Positions 1 through 6,965 of a DNA stretch of 10,824 nucleotides are shown piece by piece. The DNA is taken from contig JAYTHU010000163.1 of assembly GCA_043732305.1 (NCBI GenBank), forward strand, positions 1 to 10,824, given 5' to 3'. Source of the DNA: Oligoflexia bacterium. Its GTDB lineage: Bacteria; Bdellovibrionota; Bdellovibrionia; JABDDW01. Below the pieces are notes generated by a model. That model had not been told where the DNA came from and made no database searches. It saw only the letters and a program-made list of their open reading frames with translations. Both the position numbers and the translations under genes were made by a program. Every line of letters starts with the position of its first letter. Position 1 is the first letter of the stretch.

Positions 1-689
1 CTCAATCCGCGCGCAGGAACTAAGTAGGCACCTTTTGCAGCCAATTCCCTGAGTTCCTCAAACGCCACGCGCTCTGCATTGCTTGAATCAAAGCTAAAAA
101 GTCGAGATCTAATTTCTAAATCGTAAGCGGCCATTCCGATGAAACAATAAAATATTTTTCGATCCTCTAGATTTTTCTGAGACATCTGAACATACATATT
201 GTTTATCACTTGATTTTTTAAGATCATAAATGGAAAGCGAACGCTGCCTCTGGAAATCTCTGTGACAGCTTCTACGGGATCGTATCCTAAAAAATGGCGA
301 ACTTCGTTGTATGATTTATCGAATCCACCTTTTTTATTAAAGACGGATCGTAAAAAAGTCGCGGCCAAAGACATTCCTACGTACTCTTCGTAATTGAGAC
401 CAGGCTCCAACTTTTCAAAATCTCTTGAAAACAAATTTATAAATTTATTCGCATCCCCTTTTGTTTCTCGTAATAGATCTGTTGAAACCGATCGAATATA
501 GCTGGCACCTTCGGTTTTAAATTTCAAAAGTGTATTTGATGAAGGAGAACCTATCTGCGAAAGTGAATCTAAGCATGGGGCAGGAGCGAGCACCGTCGAA
601 GCAAACAGCGGAGAAGTCGCCAAAGCACCCGTCAGCAACGCAAAAGCCAACATTAAACCTAAAATATATTCTCTCAATATTGTGGTCAA
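1..689 (-). CDS. Hypothetical exported protein with Sec-type signal peptide (3' end runs off the window; not in the ORF track)
   Basis: Manual translation gives an open minus-strand frame of 229 codons from TTG (689-687) to the window edge: MTTILREYILGLMLAFALLTGALATSPLFA|STVLAPAPCLDSLSQIGSPSSNTLLKFKTEGASYIRSVSTDLLRETKGDANKFINLFSRDFEKLEPGLNYEEY...ELRELAAKGAYLVPARGL. An AAGGAG Shine-Dalgarno lies 5 nt upstream and an in-frame TGA just beyond it. The hydrophobic N-terminus ends in LFA. No family recognised. Confidence 0.85.
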   Translation of the reverse strand, partial: MTTILREYILGLMLAFALLTGALATSPLFASTVLAPAPCLDSLSQIGSPSSNTLLKFKTEGASYIRSVSTDLLRETKGDANKFINLFSRDFEKLEPGLNYEEYVGMSLAATFLRSVFNKKGGFDKSYNEVRHFLGYDPVEAVTEISRGSVRFPFMILKNQVINNMYVQMSQKNLEDRKIFYCFIGMAAYDLEIRSRLFSFDSSNAERVAFEELRELAAKGAYLVPARGL

Positions 690-694
690 TTCTT

Positions 695-700
695 CTCCTT
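695..700 (-). promoter_or_regulatory. Ribosome-binding site for the 689 TTG start
   Basis: + strand CTCCTT reads AAGGAG on the minus strand, 5 nt before TTG. Confidence 0.75.
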
Positions 701-719
701 TTACTTGTAATCACTGAAT

Positions 720-735
720 AGCAATATTTGTGCTT
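720..735 (-). promoter_or_regulatory. Degenerate sigma54-like -24/-12 element upstream of the left hypothetical gene
   Basis: Minus strand reads AAGCACAAATATTGCT vs consensus TGGCAC-N5-TTGCW. Spacing, GCAC and TTGCT match, but the near-invariant GG is AG. The implied start (~709) would lie just 5' of the RBS. Confidence 0.3.
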
Positions 736-939
736 GGGTTAAAGCCCAAATACCTAAGGCAGCTGATTTAAAGGCTAAAATCGGGGAATAATGTGCCAAA
801 ATTTGGCCTATTCTCAAGAGTTTACCTATGACGCATCTTGCACCGATTGACCCACTTTTTTCCCTGGACCTTGCGGAAATTTTGCAGTCAAATGAATTAT
901 CAGAAATTAGAAGTACGACGAACTTAAGGTAGGACACAA

Positions 940-1413
940 ATGACGACCATCAGTAATTCTGCAAAATCAAAAGACTTCGCAAGCCTTTTACAAATTGGCA
1001 AAAACGAAAAGGGAATGACCCTGATCGAAATCATGATCGTTTTGATCATCGTTGCTACCATGGGTACAATCGTCGTCAGTAAAGTAAGCGGTCAATTAGG
1101 AAAAGCCCAAGTCAATGAAGCGAAAATCCTCATTGGCGAAGTTGGGAAAACTTTAGAACAGTACAATCTGGATTGCGGAACCTTCCCAACTACTGAACAA
1201 GGACTTGCAGCTCTTGTTTCACCACCTACCGGTGGCAGAACTTGCCCAAACTGGGGCCCTGAACCTTACAGAAAATCAGTGCCTCGTGATCCCTGGAATC
1301 ATGATCTTTCTTATCAGAGCGATGGATCAAAATACTCAATTAAATCTTTAGGTAAAGATGGCCAAGAAGGCGGAGAAGGTCTCAATAAAGACATTTCCAG
1401 CGACGACCTATAA
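940..1413 (+). CDS. gspG: Type II secretion system major pseudopilin GspG
   Basis: Prepilin cleavage motif EKG|MTLIEIMIV with Glu5. GspG hallmarks YNLDCGTFPTTEQGLAALV, PRDPWN and the Ca2+-binding-type tail SLGKDGQEGGEGLNKDI. AGGA RBS at 931-934. Confidence 0.95.
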   Translation: MTTISNSAKSKDFASLLQIGKNEKGMTLIEIMIVLIIVATMGTIVVSKVSGQLGKAQVNEAKILIGEVGKTLEQYNLDCGTFPTTEQGLAALVSPPTGGRTCPNWGPEPYRKSVPRDPWNHDLSYQSDGSKYSIKSLGKDGQEGGEGLNKDISSDDL

Positions 1414-2038
1414 AGGTCTAACGAAGCCGCAGGGTTTCACGCTTGTGGAAGTTTTAATTTCACTGGCGATTATCGCCGTGATTATCTCTATTGGTGCGCC
1501 AAGACTTGCACGGAGTTTTGGCTCTCCACTTAAAACCACTACTCGAAAACTCATTCTCCTCACAAAACAACTTCATTCCAGCGCTAAACTTAGAAATAAG
1601 ACATATCGCCTTGTTCTAGAATTTGAAAACGTGGATAACAAAAACCCCGCTCGTTTTTATGTTGAGAGTGCGAGTCGCGCGGCACTGGTCGATCTCGACA
1701 TGTATGATAAATATAAAAATACTTTTGATAAAACAAAAAACAAGGACAAAGAGCAAGCTCCCGGTGGTTTTGAAATCGATAAAGAGTTTGTAAAAAAACC
1801 GGAAGCTCTACCCCGTGGAATAAAATTTACCACCATAGAAATTGAAAACCTAGATAGTCCTGTCTCCGAGGGAAAAGCCTACATCCATTTTTTCCCGCAA
1901 GGATTGATTCAAAAATCGATTATTCACCTCACCTCAGGATTGAACAAAGAAATTTCTCTCATTATAAATCCACTCACCGGCCGAACGGATGTGGAAGACA
2001 AAGTCGTTACACTGAAAGATGTAGAAAATGGAAATTAA
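1358..2038 (+). CDS. gspH: Type II secretion minor pseudopilin GspH (start uncertain: ATG 1358 or ATA 1385)
   Basis: QG|FTLVEVLISLAIIAVII prepilin motif; GspH/FimT-like C-terminus IHFFPQG...IIHL...SLIINPLTGRT; position directly after gspG. Confidence 0.88.
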   Translation: MAKKAEKVSIKTFPATTYKGLTKPQGFTLVEVLISLAIIAVIISIGAPRLARSFGSPLKTTTRKLILLTKQLHSSAKLRNKTYRLVLEFENVDNKNPARFYVESASRAALVDLDMYDKYKNTFDKTKNKDKEQAPGGFEIDKEFVKKPEALPRGIKFTTIEIENLDSPVSEGKAYIHFFPQGLIQKSIIHLTSGLNKEISLIINPLTGRTDVEDKVVTLKDVENGN

Positions 2039-2519
2039 ATCTCAAAAAGGATTCACCTTAATCGAGGTTCTGATTTCTCTTTTGATTTTGGCTTTTTCAA
2101 TGACCGTGCTTATGCAAAGCTGGGGGGGAAGTTTGCGCGGGATCAAAAAATCTCGAAATTATACAACAGTAGCCATGCTGCTTCAGAAGAAAATCACTGA
2201 GTTTGAACTCGTCAACCGAAATAAAAGCGTAGACGAAATCAGCGAAGCATCACACGGTGACTTCGGCCATGACTATCCCGACTACACTTGGGACATCAAA
2301 ACTCAACCTTTTTCTATGCCAAACATTTTTCCTCCACCTAAAAATGGACAGGACAACGCCATGACTCAGACAATTGTGAAAACGCTAGAAGAATATTTTT
2401 CTAAAACCGTCAGAGAAATTTCTGTTACCGTTAATTTTAAATCTGGCAAACGAACGCAACATTTTTCCGTCACGACACTTTACGTTGATTATAAAAAGGA
2501 TTTGCCTCTTGGGTTTTGA
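2028..2519 (+). CDS. gspI: Type II secretion minor pseudopilin GspI
   Basis: KG|FTLIEVLISLLILA prepilin motif; short pilin with GDF..DYPDYTWDI and VREISVTVNF segments typical of GspI; third in the G-H-I-J-K order. Confidence 0.88.
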   Translation: MEIKSQKGFTLIEVLISLLILAFSMTVLMQSWGGSLRGIKKSRNYTTVAMLLQKKITEFELVNRNKSVDEISEASHGDFGHDYPDYTWDIKTQPFSMPNIFPPPKNGQDNAMTQTIVKTLEEYFSKTVREISVTVNFKSGKRTQHFSVTTLYVDYKKDLPLGF

Positions 2520-3399
2520 TTCACGAAAAGTTCAGCTCAATCAAATCGGTTTCACGCTTATAGAGATTTTAATCTCAATCGTCATTCTTGCTTTTATGGC
2601 CACAATGACTGGCGTGAGCATTTCGAAAAGTATTAAAATCAAAGCCAAAGTAGAAAAGGAAATGGATGATGACGCCCAACTCAGAGAAGTGGTTGCCATT
2701 ATGACCAAAGACATCAATTTGGCTTTCCACTGGACGGATCCGCAGGAAATATTAAAACAACAAGTGATTCAAGACACCGTTAGCCAGGGAAAACCGAATC
2801 CCTATCCCGTTACGGGCAATATTGATCTTGTGGCCGCTGACAAGCTCACTGCTTTTGTGGGAGACGCAAGCTCTCTTTATTTCAGCACCCTTACTAACGA
2901 GCGCCAGTTCAAAGATTCACACGAAAGCGATCAAGCGAAGGTGGGATATTTTCTAAAAGACACAAAATCTTATAAAGATAAGAAAATGACAAAATCACTC
3001 GTGCGCAGAGTTGCTCCATATTTAGATGGGGATGTCACTCAAGGTGGAAGAGAAACGGTACTGATTGAAAATATCAAAACACTGAAATTTCGTTTTCTTC
3101 CCGATGACATAAAAGAAATCACGGACACGGTATGGCTCGACACTTGGAAGAATTATGAAACTCTAGATGAAAAAATGAGAAATAAATTTCCAGCCGCAGT
3201 TGAAGTTCACATCGTTGTGGAGAGAGACAAGCGCGTGAGTGACATCAACACGATCATTGCACTTCATTCCACTGGTAACACTCCATTTCAATTTAGTGGA
3301 AACACAACTCCAAGTGGATCGCCATCTCCGGGAGCAAGTGGGACACCTGGGCAAAACACTGTTCCAGCAGGCACCATTCCGGCAGGTACAGGCAGATGA
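2509..3399 (+). CDS. gspJ: Type II secretion minor pseudopilin GspJ (start re-assigned to TTG 2509)
   Basis: IG|FTLIEILISIVILA prepilin motif; GspJ-like segments MTKDI..AF, VGYFL, LVRR, VLIENIKTLKFRF, W...W and FPAAVEVHI. AAGGA (2496-2500) lies 8 nt before TTG 2509, whereas TTG 2485 has no RBS. Confidence 0.88.
   Translation: MGFDSRKVQLNQIGFTLIEILISIVILAFMATMTGVSISKSIKIKAKVEKEMDDDAQLREVVAIMTKDINLAFHWTDPQEILKQQVIQDTVSQGKPNPYPVTGNIDLVAADKLTAFVGDASSLYFSTLTNERQFKDSHESDQAKVGYFLKDTKSYKDKKMTKSLVRRVAPYLDGDVTQGGRETVLIENIKTLKFRFLPDDIKEITDTVWLDTWKNYETLDEKMRNKFPAAVEVHIVVERDKRVSDINTIIALHSTGNTPFQFSGNTTPSGSPSPGASGTPGQNTVPAGTIPAGTGR
3295..3396 (+). repeat. Pro/Ser/Thr/Gly low-complexity C-terminal tail of GspJ
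   Basis: SGNTTPSGSPSPGASGTPGQNTVPAGTIPAGTGR, including a tandem [VI]PAGT x2. Confidence 0.7.
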
Positions 3400-4628
3400 A
3401 AAACTTTTTTAGTAAAGTCAGAAATGAAAAAGGTATAGCCATGTTGGTCGCGCTGTCGGCGGTTATCATCATGACTATGCTTGCGGTGGAAGTGGGGTAT
3501 AACACCTCTGTGGAGTTGGCGATCGGCGTCTCCCAACTCGATCGACTCAAAGCTTACTATCTCGCAAAATCAGGTGTGAACTTAAGTCTGCTTCGAATAA
3601 AACTTTTTCGAACAGCGGCGCAAAAACTCGGATCATCACTAGGCAAAAATGCTTCTATGCTAGATTTAATTTGGAACGTTCCATTTATGTGGCCACCTCA
3701 AGCGCTAGGAGACATGGGCGCGGTAGATAAAGCTGCTCTCAAAAAAACTATTGCGGAAAGTTATATCGACGGGACAATTCTTTGTGTCATCGAAGCCGAA
3801 GGCTCACGCATCGATATTACAGACCTCATTTCACCCTCGAAATCTTTGCAAACAGCCACAAACAATGAACTGGTGCAGGTCATACAAAATCGTCTCGATG
3901 ACGACGACACTTGGGCTCGGGAAAATCGCAGAAACATCAAACCTCAAGAGCTCGTGAATAATATTACGGATTGGATGAGTGCGACAACCAATTCTCTTAA
4001 CGGAGGAGATAAAAATTCTGGATATTCTCCTCCTATAAAAACGCCAAATCGTCCGATCAAAACTTTAGAAGAACTGCATATGATTAAAGGAATGACGGAC
4101 GAGATTTATAAACTTCTCGCCGACCGTGTCACTCTGTACGGAGCGAAAGGCATCAACGTCAACACTGCACCTAAAGAAGTTTTGCGTTCGATTGACATTC
4201 AGATTTCAGACAAAATTGCAGATGCCATTGCTGAACGGCGTTCTGACCTCGACAAAGGTCTATTTCAAAGCACGGATGACTTAAATACATTTCTGCAAAC
4301 TCAGGGTGTAAACATGCAAACTTTCAATAAAACTCCCGTTACTCCCCTGTACTTTGAACCAGAATTTAACTTTCGCATTCATTCCACCGGAATTCATGGC
4401 AAATCACAGAGGGAAATCTTTGCGATCACCTACGACTTTGATAAAGTAAAAGAGAAGCTTGAAGCAGCAATACCCCAACCGTCCCCGTCACCTAGTGGAA
4501 CTCCTCAACCCACTCCTGGCGGAACGGCAGGTGTAACTCCCGCAGCAAGTGCATCACCGTCACCGAGTGGATCGGCGCTGCCTTTGCCCACGGGACCGCC
4601 AACAATTGTGTTTTGGCAGGAGACATAA
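3396..4628 (+). CDS. gspK: Type II secretion minor pseudopilin GspK
   Basis: KG|IAMLVAL prepilin motif lacking Glu5 (GspK hallmark); AYYLAKSG, ITDW, NRPIKTLEELHMIKGM and INVNTAPKEVL (SAM/HhH-like GspK alpha domain); terminal IVFWQE strand; ATGA overlap with the gspJ stop. Confidence 0.93.
   Translation: MKNFFSKVRNEKGIAMLVALSAVIIMTMLAVEVGYNTSVELAIGVSQLDRLKAYYLAKSGVNLSLLRIKLFRTAAQKLGSSLGKNASMLDLIWNVPFMWPPQALGDMGAVDKAALKKTIAESYIDGTILCVIEAEGSRIDITDLISPSKSLQTATNNELVQVIQNRLDDDDTWARENRRNIKPQELVNNITDWMSATTNSLNGGDKNSGYSPPIKTPNRPIKTLEELHMIKGMTDEIYKLLADRVTLYGAKGINVNTAPKEVLRSIDIQISDKIADAIAERRSDLDKGLFQSTDDLNTFLQTQGVNMQTFNKTPVTPLYFEPEFNFRIHSTGIHGKSQREIFAITYDFDKVKEKLEAAIPQPSPSPSGTPQPTPGGTAGVTPAASASPSPSGSALPLPTGPPTIVFWQET
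4473..4601 (+). repeat. Pro/Ser/Thr-rich low-complexity insertion near the GspK C-terminus
   Basis: PQPSPSPSGTPQPTPGGTAGVTPAASASPSPSGSALPLPTGPP (SPSPSG x2, PQP x2) precedes the final IVFWQET strand. Confidence 0.7.
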
Positions 4629-4633
4629 ATAGA

Positions 4634-6295
4634 GTGCGTACTATTGGAATAGACATTGGAAGTTTTAGCGTCAAGGTTGCTGAAATTGATATTTCATCTC
4701 GTGGAAACACATTGAAAGATTTCTACGAATTTGAACTCACTCACGAGCCCGGGCAAGACACTCGATTTCAAACTGTCGAAATTTTAAAAAAAATAACTTC
4801 AAACTATGATCTAAAATACGTGCGCACAGTTGTGGGATTGGGAATGGAACATGTTTCCACCAGAACTTTAGAATTTCCATTCACCGAACGCCGAAAGATT
4901 TTGCAGAGTCTCCCTTTCGAATTAGAAGATAACGTTCCTTTTTCCCAAGACGATGCCGTATTTGATTTTAGGGTTGTCAGCACTCGTCAAAATCGTTCGA
5001 ACGTTTTGGCTGTGGCTGTTCCCAAAAAATATGTTCAAGAAATCTTAGCGCTTTGTGATGACGCAGGGTTTGATCCCGACGTCATCGCGCCAAATTCACT
5101 CTCGCTTTCAAATTATTTCGCAGCCGAGTTTGCCCACTCGCCATCTCCTATTGAACCTGGAGAATTGACGGAAAGTGGAATCTACTCTCACTCAGAAATA
5201 TTTATTCACCTGGGTTATAAAAAGACTTTGCTCAACATCACAAGGCAAGGAAGCATTGTTTCCAGCCGCGCTTTCTATTTTGGAAGCGCTGATTTAGCCA
5301 ATAGTTTGAGTAAAGCCTACCAGCTGCCTTATCTAGAGGCCCTCAAGGGCGCCAATGAAAAGGCATTCGTCCTGACAACTACCGCCGGCGCAGATCCCAG
5401 CCAGGTTGCATTTAGTGAAGTGATCACGGAAACTTTTTCTCCACTACTGACCGATATCAAAAGATCATTGGTGGATTTAAAATCGCAATTTAAACTGAAT
5501 TTCACCGCATGTTATGTTTCAGGTGGCGTTAGCGGAATCCTAAATCTTGGTCCCTACATTGCGCAGGAAATTGGAGTTCCCACTGCAATTAAGAACCCAC
5601 CGTCACGCTCACCACAGGCAATGCCTCTGGTGAGCGATGCCAAGTTCAATGACAAAATTGCTATGGTTGCTATTGGTCTTGCCCTCGAAGGTGCCAGAAA
5701 ACCTAAAGCTCCGGCAATAAACTTTAGGAAGAATGAATTCTCCAAACAGTCTCAGAATCTAAAAATATTTTTAGAGAACAACAAGAATCTCATCAGAGGC
5801 ACACTTGTTGTTTTGATCGCATTTTTTACTTATTCATTTATGCGAGGAAGTTTTGCCCAAGAGAATATTGACAGCTTGGATGTTGTGATGGCGGATCAAG
5901 CTAAGAACAACACCATTGGCCTTACAAAAGGTGGCACAAAGACCGAAGCTCTGAATAAATTTGTCCGCACTAAGAAAAATGAGCTTGAAGGTCGTAAAGA
6001 AGTAGTAAAACTCAATCAGACTCTCTCCGCTCTTGACGTGCTTAAAAATATTTCAAGCGCCATGCCTAGCAAAGATCAAGTGAAACTTGATCTTAGAAAT
6101 TTTCAAATCACGGAAGATCAAGTGACTCTCGCGGGAATGGTTTCTTCCGTCGAAGAATTTGTACTTTTCCAAAGAAAAATTTCCCAACTTCCGCAAGTGA
6201 GCAACATCAAAGCTTCACCATTTCCAGCCCCTCAAGGTAAATATGGATTTCAGATGACCTTCAACATGAAACACAATAGAGCGGCTGGAAAATGA
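4634..6295 (+). CDS. gspL: Type II secretion inner-membrane platform protein GspL, PilM-PilN fusion type (start likely GTG 4634)
   Basis: N-terminal actin/PilM-like domain (IGIDIGSFSVKV, LPFELEDNVPF, VSGGVSGILNL, AIGLALEG), a PilN-like INFRK motif, one TM helix (LIRGTLVVLIAFFTYSFM), a coiled coil and a C-terminal ferredoxin-like PilN/GspL domain. AGGAG at 4618-4622. Lies between gspK and gspM. Confidence 0.88.
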   Translation: MRTIGIDIGSFSVKVAEIDISSRGNTLKDFYEFELTHEPGQDTRFQTVEILKKITSNYDLKYVRTVVGLGMEHVSTRTLEFPFTERRKILQSLPFELEDNVPFSQDDAVFDFRVVSTRQNRSNVLAVAVPKKYVQEILALCDDAGFDPDVIAPNSLSLSNYFAAEFAHSPSPIEPGELTESGIYSHSEIFIHLGYKKTLLNITRQGSIVSSRAFYFGSADLANSLSKAYQLPYLEALKGANEKAFVLTTTAGADPSQVAFSEVITETFSPLLTDIKRSLVDLKSQFKLNFTACYVSGGVSGILNLGPYIAQEIGVPTAIKNPPSRSPQAMPLVSDAKFNDKIAMVAIGLALEGARKPKAPAINFRKNEFSKQSQNLKIFLENNKNLIRGTLVVLIAFFTYSFMRGSFAQENIDSLDVVMADQAKNNTIGLTKGGTKTEALNKFVRTKKNELEGRKEVVKLNQTLSALDVLKNISSAMPSKDQVKLDLRNFQITEDQVTLAGMVSSVEEFVLFQRKISQLPQVSNIKASPFPAPQGKYGFQMTFNMKHNRAAGK

Positions 6296-6302
6296 GAAAT
6301 TC

Positions 6303-6965
6303 ATGAAAGAAACCATCAGCAACCTCTTTGATAGTTTGAAAGAAAAATTAAAAGCCGTTCTGCAAGAACAGCAAGAGAGCGAATGGTTCATTCGCGTCAA
6401 AGAGAAATACGAAGAACTCACTCCTACCATGCAGAAAATTGTTCGCTATGCGGGGATGGCACTCGTAGTGACTATAGTGTTGTGGATTCCTGTCACAAAC
6501 TTAATGGACGCCTCAGACGTGAACTCACAATTCGAACAGCGAAGGCTCGCTCTTAAAGAGCTGTTAAAAATCGAAAGAGACTATTCTTCTGTTCCGGCAA
6601 TGCCAAATCCTCCCGCACCATTTTCACTCAAGCCTCAGCTCGATCAAAAAATCATTGGCCAGGGTCTGAAACCGGAACAGATCAAGGACGTTCAAGAGGT
6701 TTCTGGCAAGGACACTAAGACAGTCGAGCAAAAAGGAATTTCCTACAATCTCACTCACGTGACGGTCAGACAAGCGATAGACATCGCCTATGAATTAGAG
6801 CAAACCGATAAAAGCTTTAAACTTTCTGAATTTCAGTTAGACGCTCAACAAGAGGATCCCCACTTTTATGATTTGAGACTCAAAATAATCAACTACTCCA
6901 TCAAAGCACCTCCCGTTTCCGCGGCGCCACTTGAAAAATCAAAGGCGAGGGCCGATGCTAAGTAA
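6303..6965 (+). CDS. gspM: Type II secretion protein GspM-like bitopic membrane protein
   Basis: YEELTPTMQKIV before a single TM helix ending in WIP, then a coiled coil and a ferredoxin-like periplasmic domain (VTVRQAIDIAYELEQ...FYDLRLKI). Position between gspL and gspN. Confidence 0.75.
   Translation: MKETISNLFDSLKEKLKAVLQEQQESEWFIRVKEKYEELTPTMQKIVRYAGMALVVTIVLWIPVTNLMDASDVNSQFEQRRLALKELLKIERDYSSVPAMPNPPAPFSLKPQLDQKIIGQGLKPEQIKDVQEVSGKDTKTVEQKGISYNLTHVTVRQAIDIAYELEQTDKSFKLSEFQLDAQQEDPHFYDLRLKIINYSIKAPPVSAAPLEKSKARADAK

Noticed and set aside
517..721. ORF-track entries 517..714 (-) and 530..721 (+)
   Set aside because: They overlap the much longer RBS-supported minus-strand gene starting at 689 and are shadow frames.
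783..799. TTGGCAC (-24-like box) on the minus strand
   Set aside because: The -12 position reads CC rather than GC, so it is not a complete sigma54 promoter.
701..937. 78-aa minus-strand ORF filling the intergenic region
   Set aside because: No RBS and no recognisable features; it starts 2 nt from the gspG start and spans the divergent promoter region, so it is probably spurious.
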